DNA of 64,000 nt, taken from IMG/VR virus record IMGVR_UViG_3300025401_000012. One strand, written 5' to 3'. The notes under the pieces are model-generated. The model did not search any database. It worked only from the letters and a program-made list of their open reading frames with translations, and had not been told where the DNA came from. Shown here piece after piece: positions 30,501 to 36,824 of the stretch (position 1 is its first letter; each line of letters starts with the position of its first letter). This DNA is from a virus. Its lineage: Duplodnaviria > Caudoviricetes. Made by a program: the position numbers and the translations under genes.

Positions 30501-31674
30501 AATGTTTGATGTTGGGTCTACTTATGTTCTTAATGATGTAGTTGTATATAACAATTCTTATTATTACTGTATAACTCCAGTATTAAATGTATCTAACAGG
30601 GCTTTAATTACAACAACCACCGCGTCTGTTATTACTAGTCAATTAAACAACGTATTAACAGTTATATCAATAATATCAGGCAGTATTGGTATAAATCAAG
30701 TAATAAAAAATACTACTACAAAAATTGTAAATCAATTGACCGGATCATACGGTGGATTAGGAACATACACAGTTAGCACATCGGTATCTAATTTTAATTT
30801 GCCAATAAGTTCAATTACGCAAAATAGCGGATTTGTAACATTAAACTTTGTAACACAATTAACAATACCTTTTACAATAGGCACAGGAATTTATGTTACA
30901 GGAATAACACCTAACGGTTATAATGGGTATTATGTTGTTACTAATGCAACAACATCTTCTGTCACTTATGCAAATAAAACAATAGCAACAGCAACTGGTG
31001 GTAATGTATCCACAACAACATTATCAACAGTAGTAATGGGATATGATTATAGTCCTGATAATACCGCATATTGGTCTGCATATTCTACAACAATTCCAGT
31101 AGGATACGGGCAAAGTGATCAATTAGAAGTTTTTGTAGGCGGATACAACGATACAGCAATTTGGTCATCGGGAGTTAATTATGCTGCAGGCACAATTGTC
31201 AATGTTGGTAACTACACATATAAATGTATAACTACACATACAAGTGGTACAACATTTATTAAAGATTCAGATAACTGGACATTCTTTATAGGAAATATTA
31301 GATTACAAAAACGTCCTTATAGCGTATTCAATATAAACAAAGCTCCTTACAGCCCAGCCGGTGATATAAGATTTGATGCAGATTTCTCAGTTAACGGAAC
31401 TACTAATCAAATTAGATTAACTAATTTGGTAGACGTAGGCACTCAGATTACTGTAATTAAACGTACAGGAATACCTTGGGATAGTAATACAAGTATTTTA
31501 AATGATAATAGTAAAATTGGATCATTTATTAAAGCTAATACTGGTATCTGGTATTCGACTTATAAAAAAATAAGTAATACAGTAACCGCTACAAATCAAC
31601 AAGCAGTTCTAGGAACATTTGATAACGGAACAGCTAGCTTAGATAGCAACACTACAACATTCGATCAAGGATAA
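15550..31674 (+). CDS. Giant (5374 aa) gp7-like baseplate wedge / virion structural protein with adhesin-type modules
   Basis: Follows gp6. LLP.FY.T...KFL N-terminus, FYQG.IREKGT and VKPYRTKIREY wedge-type motifs, six W/Y-x-Y-x-GD/T-x-V-x-Y repeats (CBM5/12-like), FG-GAP-like repeats. Confidence 0.75.
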   Translation: MANSNDANAVNGNKGLSANLLPKFYQTSANKKFLQSTIDQLFQSGSLTKISGLIGRENAKASTGADVYVEAADQVRQNYQLEPGITIKDALGNVTFYKDYIDYINQIGVFGGNTDNHPRLNKEEFYSWNPHIDWDKFVNFQNYYWLPYGPDAITVYGSQQAINSTYTVELQAEGSNNQYVFTPNGFTPNPVLRLYRGQTYTFIINSPGNPFSFMTQRSTGSLNRYKTTGIDNYGVTSGTITFTVPTTAPSIIYYQSETDLNLGGAIEIFNITTDTLIDVEKVILGKKSVTLDNGVTLSNGMKLQFGGTVIPAEYAKGQYYVEGVGSSIKLVLTSILEVVSPYTTEQSIEFDNLPWDSEPFDDAVGYAGSLDYITINRASADHNPWSRYNRWFHKDVINTSAAFNKNTANLDQKTRANRPIIEFNRDIKLYNFGNKAIFDVDLIDTFTTDVFSTIEGSIGYNIDGINLVPGMLVLFTADLDPLVKNKIYRVEYVDVKHLTGGSNQLHLVEVASPLLNEVTLVKQGVAYQSQMFWYDGTTWIQGQQKTKVNQNPLFDVVDNNGISFGNKSVYTGSTFAGTSIFSYAIGTGVADSVLGFPLSYQNVNNIGDIVFNFNLVTDSFQYKKLDFVESSNINVGYLSTLDYAGNIVYVNGWKVSEVTNAQAAVRIYKNSGLTNNFPLDIFDNIKNLNDLVVKIYVNGIRLDPSLWKLVTKPIYYQIRLKTPIASTDVLTIRAFASQPINANGYYEIPLNLQNNPLNDTMKDFTLGEVIDHVTSIVDNLTTFKGSFPGSSNLRDLGEIAQYGTKFIQHSGPLSLGIYHITSEVNNVIKAVEQAKTDYNNFKQNFINVANSLGVDGDTITIVNKVLAKINENKPTVAPYYLSDMVPYGACTITNLTVVDYRIKNYPLTSVFTLEALSNKAVGVYHNNEQLIYGQDYTFSNQGFVIIDPSVALANGDIISTYEYENTDGSFIPATPTKLGMWPAFAPKKYLDTTLVNPVNVIQGHDGSIIAAYNDYRDDLILELEKRIFNNIKVKYNTNIFDIAKIIPSYNRSNDYSLNEFNKVIAPSFYSWIGFVGKDLTTPLNYDRTNSFTYNYSLNAAPNNTPLPGYWRGIYRYILDTDRPNLCPWEMLGFSQQPSWWTTVYGPAPYTSDNLIMWQDITDGMIREPGMPAIYAEEYAKPFLMQHIPVDESGNLISPLNSGLASGTVQPSINNNFVFGDGSPVETAWVRSSYYSFSVIAASLILTPGQTFGILLDRSRITRNIANQLIYTETGLCIRPKDIILPSTFSSTNRVQTAGLVNWIVDLIFNYIFSNNVAGYNSYLNDLSTMTPQLAYRVGSFTNQSQFNLLLESKTPASSGNVFVPTDDYKVFLNKSTTVKKLVYSGVIITKLSTGFEIKGYSKTQPYFNYYFPQGTGSKINVGGISENYSTWTSGQLYVVGSVIQYNGVFYRATTTSTSTDSFDANNFAKLSGLPMTGGATAYLKNKWDKSKVLSVPYGTLFNTIQSVVDFLQGYGEYLKDQGFTFDNYNTLYSSVNNWDTSVNEFLFWTTQNWSTGQEKWSDWVVNQPYTYGTVVRYDGDYYSSLYNLPAVDHFDSTKWQLLPGLSNVGASVISLSPSANGINFTTNLTVVDDITNNFNAYEIFKVDGTPIDLNHLHSYRQGNEITYIPTTLQGIYGASFYLVQNEHIIVINNTTIFNDIIYNPTSGYRRERLKVSGYITTGWYGGLDIPGFIYDAAAVQSWQPWQDYNVGDIVKYGPYYLQADPTSGNLIAGSAVLDHTQWTRLSAKPTDKILPNWTNIATQFTDFYSTEVDSFDNGQQKMAQHLIGYQKRQYLENIIQDDVSEFKFYQGMIREKGTQNVLNKLFNVLSSDAQESLTFYEEWAVRVGRYGATSAFDEIEIVLNQNSFKNNPQGFVLVNKLDSTISPFIIQQTPNDIYVAPLGYDSNPFLPLAATNQFLRSSGYVNSNDVTISIYSLDALKSQPAINLTPGVGYTILTLGTTDFTLAGALSNTVGTSFVATATGNGTGTVKVDITTFKEGSYVWCSFDSFKGWDVYRFTNLHVRFKSASISNNILTITSYDLITFKAGSYIGILQSTLLNGFYQVETVNLNTFTVSTSLASLPSDFTELLIYGLVSQRASSIDNITGMLSSNLKNKDLIWTDDAGTGTPAAWIYNSVFTQSIVNNNIQSTNLQFGRSVAINTQGNIAAVGMTSGQISTYDKVGSAVSWIQRQLVPTPFTAQSSANPISSIATTIAISPDGTYMASGSPAATYASTLYVGAYNVGNTYTVNQIVSYMNNFYKAIVAVPSGAIPSLTSSYWNSISYIPISLAGSNIAVSGLVSLYKKDSNNIYQLIDTIISPSATLSVASTENFGSSLVFDSNNNLYISAPGYDSAKGRVYSLSYASSTPIISYYDSVGSSGALLNLNSTFGIQSGMSVSGIGFATNQTVAAVLTQITFNSVANVPNYILNSLGVAVSLSNITAGLNVSGSQVLPGVTVYSTGTNPIIINVLSVTPSSPSIGFVTINFTQQSAAPFLVGDQISISGVSISGYNGSYTVTDVGKNYVTYANITTGVATANTGSVQSTVNYVLVAGPEDSISTISSVSFIISITGVFPSVPGAGLVTITFNKLPAVPFKTGNQIIVSGVSVAGFNGTFTVVTSTTTSVTFYNNTTTTSATGGTIADPTLQFNVRTISSPSIVLLSAAPDSTPAGPIQFTTISWRYSSLITSPALSSNNAFGNTITVSRDGSTFLASSKNNVYVYKNTGLGSQLLSTIPVTSTSLTVSDTGTYFAIGSFKTITEKTSPSATINVMSNIGQVNLYQYNDITNQYSVIQTITDTASSSNGSNFANKLAFMNDTSTLVIYSQTGSPVTQTTIDAESGFETTFDERATRFISQDISGGKVDIYDNYNTQWVLSESLLNSENVWDGYGIGFAVGSNNVFVSSPYYAINNNLTGQVYVYTKPPKSYSWTPYRTQIPVVDIKKLKKAFLYNKTTSKLLTYLDVIDPIQGKIAGPADEEIKYKSFYDPAIYSYSTNVDTVNVDDGVCWSTNQVGQLWWDLRTSKFYDPYFSDVTYRNNLWNTLAPGASVDIYEWVSSSLLPAAWDALADTVSGIAQGISGTSLYGNNAYSVRKRYDTNTKTFKNTYYYWVKNKSITPDIIGRNISAQAVSSLISSPRNQAYTYLALTGTNSFSLVNAAPYLSDSNVVLVIEYWTVDNIEQNIHSQWKLISNDTIVDIPAVIEQKWIDSLCGTDASGRSVPDTSLAPKLRYGIENRPRQSMFVNRVEALKEFVEQVNISLLANQIVNNYNISSLESYDKEPTLISALYDIVLDTDTELPYANINLFQSPSATPIITNGKVTGIKILSTGRGYSVAPYIEIVGTGKGAIAKAILNSAGSIVSAQVISAGEGYDPNTTTCSIRNYSVLVHSDSQASNSWSIYSYDPVNIMWSRTLTQSYDVRNYWSYADWYASGYNQFSSPDFSVQTFFDLNSITVLKGQLVKILKVNSGGWLLIEKYADSTSTDWTQSYNVVGIQNGTIQLSNSLYRTEFTAVGYDASTFDNGSFDVKASTELRIILNTLKNNIFIGPDLKQTYLDLFFSSIRYAHSEQLYIDWIFKTSFVRATHNVGSLSQPVYYPVDNLSNFQDYIAEVKPYRTKIREYISQYVSTDLGPTAVSDFDLPPVIQNNRSTTINTGVTNGSVTADLPAIQSYPWKFWLDNVGFSITELIIVSGGNNYITQPTVIISAPTGPNPVQATAEAFFTNGVINRVILTSPGSGYLSAPTIEIVGGLSTTGTAASVVAIIGESVVRSSLVGIKFDRISQKNYIVDLSVTDTFTGSGSRLQFPLTWAPDIRVGQSTIYINGIPELRENYTLAIAKSTLKGYTQYSGTITFVSAPPIGATIVVNYIKDISMLNATDRIDFYYNPTSGMIGKELNQLMSGVDYGGNIVGNLGFAPGGGWGVLPYMVDTWSSYDSTYTDYIVQVAANTHSFTLPYTPDVGTNINVYYKQGYSIAHPSDGFTLKWNYDLFVNNPVVTISTDVTTTSSSTATATLLNYSTTVESTLTAIGGVVGSSTIIFENILNLVIGQYVSGAGVPSNTTVTQIIDNAVVLSNNLTVDATGNYSFYVLSTVLTVSSITGISAGMGVIGNGFSVQSVTEVLSSTVNGVTTYYVYINQQPDFIPTLNETLTFVTNVAGTLTLTLSSTANLQVGDIITSAISAISYNIVVTSIVNSTQVKLSKILYKTIPNGTTVTFTRTLHYTVRIGNNGQITLFTPIPVGSNINITGSYDPVRIDATDFDSISLTSPTNPNAIITTPIMGVTPAPTVTTTVSASGDRIYTINIPNTFVVQTNDTFILRQSTSDGSETPTEYDTKLDGGNLAYTTATGIAADDIVLDGDGFVTPTTSPALEEVVPGQVVDTLALKVYDRPNSGSANIKVDNYITDGFTNSFKLITTPSSNGAIIVRVGSTIKTINVDYQIDYKNNLLTLAATPLTNQVVSIFVIGFSGTNLLDLDYFVGDGITTEFVTKAPWLDAFTPLVYVNGTAVDPVFFKTDNTYSLDNAIGIKFPAPVAGGALINYIIVSGSTQTFSVTNSEVVATNGGTTYTLNNPIGSSLPNETNMIVRVNQQILKGPVNVYYTIKDNILAYILDPNRAQPYSVAANNIVVLVDGKLLSAGSDYSVDLSGLTINIGKNIYNKNIGKTLLISIIANEGYLYNPNTRQITFSQPYTSNDIVEVTSSYRHDTLDIQRTAITVTSATNLVQGSVEYYYYNLISGGLITLDRSVINENYIWVIKNTTLLVPGIDYILLDNHTSIQLTNVPQLNDQITLMTFGSNVLGHGIAYMQFKDMLNRTSYTRLSLNKQTKLATDLHWNDTTITLKDGSNFQSPGNTPGVIEIRGERIEYFAKTGNILSRLRRGVLGTGVHTVNYAGTFVQDISSGETIPYSDTIQTTTVISDGTDLVNLNFTPTIGNAEDTIGVLNWFKDYGYAYQGMFDVGSTYVLNDVVVYNNSYYYCITPVLNVSNRALITTTTASVITSQLNNVLTVISIISGSIGINQVIKNTTTKIVNQLTGSYGGLGTYTVSTSVSNFNLPISSITQNSGFVTLNFVTQLTIPFTIGTGIYVTGITPNGYNGYYVVTNATTSSVTYANKTIATATGGNVSTTTLSTVVMGYDYSPDNTAYWSAYSTTIPVGYGQSDQLEVFVGGYNDTAIWSSGVNYAAGTIVNVGNYTYKCITTHTSGTTFIKDSDNWTFFIGNIRLQKRPYSVFNINKAPYSPAGDIRFDADFSVNGTTNQIRLTNLVDVGTQITVIKRTGIPWDSNTSILNDNSKIGSFIKANTGIWYSTYKKISNTVTATNQQAVLGTFDNGTASLDSNTTTFDQG

Positions 31675-31678
31675 TGAA

Positions 31679-34486
31679 ATGACGCAACAGATAATTAATA
31701 CAGGAAATGTAGCCAACGATGGTACAGGTGATACTTTACGAACCGCTGGTATAAAAATTAATCAAAATTTTTCTGAACTGTATTCAGATTTATTCATCCT
31801 TCCTAATCAAGCAAATAATGCTGGTAAAGTATTATCTACTAATGGGCTTGTAGTATCTTGGCAACCGATAGCAGCAACTAACGGGGTTTTGACCACTGGG
31901 AACTACACTGATCCAAGTTGGATTACTAGTTTGTCCTATAGCAAACTATTAAACGCACCTGCATTATCTATTGTAGCAACAAGCGGAAGTTATTTAGATT
32001 TAATAAACAAACCTACTATTCCTGCAGCATATATTTTACCTGCATCTTCATCCAACACACTCGGTGGAGTTATTATTGCTACAAATGGAGGAATTACAAA
32101 TAATACAGGCGGAATTAACGGATCAATTAGTTTAACACAAGCGAGTACTACACAAATTGGCGGAGTATTAGTTGATGGTACTACAATTACTATGAATAGT
32201 AGTACTGGAAAAATAAGCGCAGTTCAATACACATTGCCAACAGCAACCGTTGGAACTAGTTTAACTGGAACACTTGGAGGTGTAAAAGTTGACGGATCAA
32301 CAATTACAATTGGTGCAGGTGTCATATCTGCAGTAGCTCCGACTAATATTACAGGAAATTCTGGTACAACAACTAAATTAATTGTACCTGTTACAATTAA
32401 CGGTGTAAATTTTGATGGTAGTAGCAATATTACTGTACCGGCATCGGCTAGTACACTTACAGGAACAGCATTAAATTCAACAGTTGTTTCTTCAAATTTA
32501 ACTAGTGTTGGTACATTATCATCATTAAATGTCACAGGTAATACTGTAATTGGAGGCAATTTAACAGTAACAGGAACAACTACTACTACAAATACTAGTA
32601 CACTTACTGTAACAAATAAAACAATTATTGTTAGTAGCGGAAGTGCTAGTAGTGCAACAAGCGATGGTAGTGGTCTAGTAGTAAATGGTCCAACTATTCC
32701 GGCAAGTATTTTATATACAGCTGCATCTAGTAGTTTTACTAGTAATATTCCATTTATTGCCAGTACTTTTACAGGAAATTTAGTTGGTAATGTAACTGGT
32801 AATGTAACTGGTAATGTAACTGGTAATGTAAGCGGGACCGCAAATACTATTACAGGAATATATAGTGGTGCAATAACTAGTAGTCAAATTACTACAGGTC
32901 TTGGATATACTCCATTGCAAGCAACTAGTCTTAGCGTTACAACTAATAGTGCAAGCGGCAACGGAAGTTTAGCATATAGCGGAGGGATATTTACATTTAC
33001 ACCGCCTAATTTAAGCAGTTATCTAACTTCAATCACTAGCAATCAAGTAACAACCGCTCTTGGATATACTCCATTGCAAGCAACTAGTCTTAGTGTTACT
33101 ACAAACACTGCTAGTGGAAACGGAAGTTTGAGTTATAGTGGTGGAGTATTTTCGTTTACTCCGCCTAATTTAAGCGGTTATTTAACTTCAATTAACAGTA
33201 GTCAGATAACAACTGCATTAGGATTCACTCCTTACAATGCAACTAATCCTGCAAATTATATTACAAGTAGCAGTCTTAGCGTAGTTACAGCAAATGCAAG
33301 CGGCAATGGAAATTTAACTTATACTAGCGGAACATTTACATTTACTCCGCCAAATTTAAGTAATTATTTAACAGGTATTACAGGAACGCAAGTAACAACC
33401 GCACTAGGATATACTCCGGTACAGTTAACTCAGTTTAGTGTACAAACAAATAGCGCAAATGGATCAGGAAGTTTAAGTTATAGTAACACTACTGGTGTAT
33501 TCACATTTGTGCCTCCAGTTATTCCAGTTATTCCAACTTACACGGTAACTACAGCAAGTGCAAGTGGTAGTGGTTCATTAAATTTAAATGGAACAACATT
33601 TACATTCACTCCACCAGTAATTCCAACTTACACGGTAACTACAGCAAGTGCAAGTGGTAGTGGTTCATTAAGTTTAAGCGGATCAACATTTACGTTTACT
33701 CCGCCAGTCATTCCAACAATTCCAACATATACAATCACAACTAATAGTGCAAGCGGAAACGGATCTTTAACATTAAATGGAACAGTATTTACATATACAC
33801 CTCCTAGTATTACTCCAACATTTAGTGCTCAGAATGCTAATGTAGTACTAGCAGGTCCGAGTACTGGTGCAAATGCAGTTCCAACATTTAGACAATTAGT
33901 TTCTGCTGATTTGCCTACAGCAACAACTAGTACAGCGGGTGCAGTAATTATACCAGCAGTATCTACAAGTGGTATTAATAATACAAGTGGTACAATTGGA
34001 ATTGCCACAGCCTCAACTACTCAATTGGGTGGTGTTAAAATTGATGGCTCAACAATTACAATTAATGGTAGCGGTCAACTAGTTGCATCAGCAAGTGGAG
34101 GTGCACTGAGTAGTAGAACAACAGTTTCAGTTACTACTAGTTCTTTAGCTTCTGGAGGATACACAACATCAACCGTGACAGCTGCAAAAGGATACGCTCT
34201 GTACAGTATTCAAGTTTCAGCAGGGGCATGGGTAACAGTATATACTAGTTCAACAGCTCAAACAAATGATACTAGTAGAAGTATAACAACCGATCCAACA
34301 CCAGGAAGCGGAGTAATTGCAGAAGCAATAACAACTACCGCTACTACAACTTATTTTACTCCAGCAGTATTTGGTTTTAATACTGATGGCACCATTAGTT
34401 CGAACATGTATTTAAAGATTTATAATAATAGCGGATCAACTACAGCTATTACGGTAACAGTGACGTACTTAAAATTAGAAAATTAA
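31679..34486 (+). CDS. Tail fibre / baseplate pin protein with a gp9/gp10-type N-terminus
   Basis: The N-terminus QQIINTGNVANDGTGDTLRTAGIKINQNFSELY closely matches the T4 gp10 start. Ser/Thr/Gly-rich with internal repeats. Confidence 0.8.
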   Translation: MTQQIINTGNVANDGTGDTLRTAGIKINQNFSELYSDLFILPNQANNAGKVLSTNGLVVSWQPIAATNGVLTTGNYTDPSWITSLSYSKLLNAPALSIVATSGSYLDLINKPTIPAAYILPASSSNTLGGVIIATNGGITNNTGGINGSISLTQASTTQIGGVLVDGTTITMNSSTGKISAVQYTLPTATVGTSLTGTLGGVKVDGSTITIGAGVISAVAPTNITGNSGTTTKLIVPVTINGVNFDGSSNITVPASASTLTGTALNSTVVSSNLTSVGTLSSLNVTGNTVIGGNLTVTGTTTTTNTSTLTVTNKTIIVSSGSASSATSDGSGLVVNGPTIPASILYTAASSSFTSNIPFIASTFTGNLVGNVTGNVTGNVTGNVSGTANTITGIYSGAITSSQITTGLGYTPLQATSLSVTTNSASGNGSLAYSGGIFTFTPPNLSSYLTSITSNQVTTALGYTPLQATSLSVTTNTASGNGSLSYSGGVFSFTPPNLSGYLTSINSSQITTALGFTPYNATNPANYITSSSLSVVTANASGNGNLTYTSGTFTFTPPNLSNYLTGITGTQVTTALGYTPVQLTQFSVQTNSANGSGSLSYSNTTGVFTFVPPVIPVIPTYTVTTASASGSGSLNLNGTTFTFTPPVIPTYTVTTASASGSGSLSLSGSTFTFTPPVIPTIPTYTITTNSASGNGSLTLNGTVFTYTPPSITPTFSAQNANVVLAGPSTGANAVPTFRQLVSADLPTATTSTAGAVIIPAVSTSGINNTSGTIGIATASTTQLGGVKIDGSTITINGSGQLVASASGGALSSRTTVSVTTSSLASGGYTTSTVTAAKGYALYSIQVSAGAWVTVYTSSTAQTNDTSRSITTDPTPGSGVIAEAITTTATTTYFTPAVFGFNTDGTISSNMYLKIYNNSGSTTAITVTVTYLKLEN
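32786..32830 (+). repeat. 12-bp tandem repeat (GGTAATGTAACT x3.75) encoding GNVT
   Basis: Units start at 32786, 32798, 32810 and 32822. Confidence 0.95.
32870..33810 (+). repeat. Intragenic tandem modules: four ~53-aa units followed by three ~30-aa units
   Basis: LGYTP anchors at 32900, 33059, 33218 (159-bp period) and 33404. IPTYT anchors at 33530, 33620 (90-bp period, ~52 nt identical) and 33719. Confidence 0.9.
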
Positions 34487-34487
34487 T

Positions 34488-36155
34488 ATGGACTATACAC
34501 AAACATTTCAAATTAGCATTTATCTTAACAATGATATCCATGATAATGGAATGACATTAAAAGAGTATGCTGATGCTGTACTAGCCGGGACACATCCGAT
34601 ATTAGGCCATGACGAATTTAATTATCAGTTTGGTACAACTGATGAAAATATGAAACTAGTAAGCGATTGGGCAATTTCAAATAATTTAAATATTATTTCT
34701 GCAGAATCTGCTATAGCAACTATAAAAGTCCAAGGAACATTAGGTCAGCTTTGCAATTTATTTTCTGTAACGGTTGAAGAAATAGTGGACGACGCCAGAA
34801 CTTATATAAAAAATACAACGCCAGTTGTAGTACCGACAACAATCGCATCGGCAGTCAGAGATTTATTTGGTTTTGATCAAAGTTTTATTGCAATAAATCA
34901 TGCTGTACAGCATGATGGATCTGCTCCTGATTTAGGAAGTTCCTATGGAAGCAGTGCGGTCACTCCTATACAAATGTGTACGGCATACGGAGCACCTACC
35001 GGAGACGGGTATGGAGGCTGTATTGGAATATTTGAATTAACATATAGCGGTAGTCCCGAAGGATGGCAGCAACCTGATGTTACAGCAAGTTTTAGTCGTA
35101 TTGGGTTGTCATCTCCTAGCATAACTACAGTACTAGTCGATGGTGTTACTTTAAATTCTACATCAACAGCTGAAAGTATGTTGGATATTTATTGTGCAGG
35201 TGCAGCAGCACCTAAAGCAAAAATAGTTTATTATATTGGACAAAATGGCGGAAGTTTAACAGACGTTATCAATGCAGCAGTAAATGATACAACTAATAAT
35301 CCGGATGTTTTGAGTATCAGTTGGGGGTTAGGAGATGGTACATCTTTAGACACAGCGTTTCAAGCCTGTGTAGCAAAAGGAATAACAGTTTTTGTTAGTT
35401 CAGGAGACAGTGGCGCTGTTAATCTAAATATGGCAGCAACAGTATGCAGTCAGTACGTAGTGTCGGCTGGCGGAACAAATGTGACACTCAACGGGTCAAA
35501 TCAGCTTACAGCTGAAGTAGGATGGGGAAATTCTGCTGGTACAGGCCAAGGCGGAGGTGGTGGATCAGGTGGTGCAAGTGGCGGCGGAATGAGTGCTAGT
35601 ATTGCAGTTCCTAGTTGGCAAACAGGATTAAAATATACAACTACTACAGGTAGTAATACATCAGGTTTAGGCACCGCGACAGCGTTAACTTATCGGGGTG
35701 TACCCGATATAAGTGCTCCAGCAGATCCATCGACGGGGTATCAATTCTATGTTGGCGGCACTAGTAGTGCTCAAGGATCATTTGTTCAATATGGTGGGAC
35801 TAGTGCGGCTGCTCCATTCTTAGCTGGATTATGGGTAAGATTGATTCGATTATTAGGATATAGGATTCCATTTAATATGGCAACATTTTATTCTAATTCA
35901 GTTTCTCAATCAGGAGTGATACCTTCATTAAATCTATGTAATGATGTAACTACTGGTAATAATAGAGACGGTTATACTACAGGTTATGTTAGCACTACAG
36001 GATGGGATGCAGTTACTGGATTAGGAAGTCCGGCAGCTAGCAACATTTATCGTTATTTTCACACAGGTTCAACATTTCCTAAGAAAAATTTTGGATTTAG
36101 ATCTACAACAGGCCCGGCATATCCACGTATAACTACGGGTGTAAGGGTAGATTAA
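34488..36155 (+). CDS. Peptidase S53 (sedolisin/kumamolisin) with N-terminal prodomain
   Basis: Catalytic E-x3-D (AESMLDIY), SISWG, oxyanion SGDSG, catalytic Ser GGTSAAAP, DVTTGNN and GWDAVTGLGSP Ca-site motifs. Confidence 0.92.
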   Translation: MDYTQTFQISIYLNNDIHDNGMTLKEYADAVLAGTHPILGHDEFNYQFGTTDENMKLVSDWAISNNLNIISAESAIATIKVQGTLGQLCNLFSVTVEEIVDDARTYIKNTTPVVVPTTIASAVRDLFGFDQSFIAINHAVQHDGSAPDLGSSYGSSAVTPIQMCTAYGAPTGDGYGGCIGIFELTYSGSPEGWQQPDVTASFSRIGLSSPSITTVLVDGVTLNSTSTAESMLDIYCAGAAAPKAKIVYYIGQNGGSLTDVINAAVNDTTNNPDVLSISWGLGDGTSLDTAFQACVAKGITVFVSSGDSGAVNLNMAATVCSQYVVSAGGTNVTLNGSNQLTAEVGWGNSAGTGQGGGGGSGGASGGGMSASIAVPSWQTGLKYTTTTGSNTSGLGTATALTYRGVPDISAPADPSTGYQFYVGGTSSAQGSFVQYGGTSAAAPFLAGLWVRLIRLLGYRIPFNMATFYSNSVSQSGVIPSLNLCNDVTTGNNRDGYTTGYVSTTGWDAVTGLGSPAASNIYRYFHTGSTFPKKNFGFRSTTGPAYPRITTGVRVD

Positions 36156-36175
36156 ACTAGCACATTTTAAACATT

Positions 36176-36183
36176 GATAAATA
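36176..36183 (+). promoter_or_regulatory. Late promoter
   Basis: GATAAATA 20 nt upstream of the ATG at 36204. Confidence 0.6.
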
Positions 36184-36203
36184 TTAGATAAAGAGAGTTA
36201 ATT

Positions 36204-36815
36204 ATGCAGACACAAGATCAAACAGGAATCCATATAGAAGGACATATTAAAATATATGATCCGATTTCTCAAGAAGTTTTTATTAATAAACGTAATGCTA
36301 TTCATTATGAAAATATGAGTATTGCACTTGCACAATCGTTATCTAATAACACAACCGGTGGATATGTTTATCAAATGGCTTTTGGTAATGGTGGTACAGC
36401 TATTGATCCTACTGGAATTATTACATATTTGACTCCAAATAGTACAGGAAGTAATGCAAGTTTATATAATCAAACGTATGCTAAAGTAGTTGACGGAAAT
36501 AGTAGTACTAATACAGATCCAACAAGAAATTTTACAGAAACAAGACATACTACTGGATCAAACTACAGTGATATTTTTGTAACTTGTTTACTAGATTACG
36601 GTGAACCTGCTGGACAAACAGCATTTGATACTACGAATAATAATGCTAGTACATTTACATTTGACGAATTAGGATTAGTAAGTTATAGTACTACTGGCCA
36701 AAGTTTATTATTAACCCATGTAGTATTTCATCCTGTATTAAAAAGTTTGAATCGATTAATTCAAATTGATTATACAGTAAGAATTCAAAGTTTAACTGGC
36801 CTAGTGTCAGTTTAA
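36204..36815 (+). CDS. Virion structural protein (baseplate / tail-fibre adaptor candidate)
   Basis: Late promoter, position before the fibres, G.I.I.D..N.I N-terminus and HPV.KSLNR..QI.YT.RI C-terminus. Confidence 0.6.
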   Translation: MQTQDQTGIHIEGHIKIYDPISQEVFINKRNAIHYENMSIALAQSLSNNTTGGYVYQMAFGNGGTAIDPTGIITYLTPNSTGSNASLYNQTYAKVVDGNSSTNTDPTRNFTETRHTTGSNYSDIFVTCLLDYGEPAGQTAFDTTNNNASTFTFDELGLVSYSTTGQSLLLTHVVFHPVLKSLNRLIQIDYTVRIQSLTGLVSV

Positions 36816-36824
36816 GGAGTAATT

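Noticed and set aside
32786-33810. CRISPR-like or DGR template/variable repeats
   Set aside because: The repeats are in-frame coding units without unique spacers, differences are not adenine-specific, and there is no cas or reverse transcriptase gene in the window.
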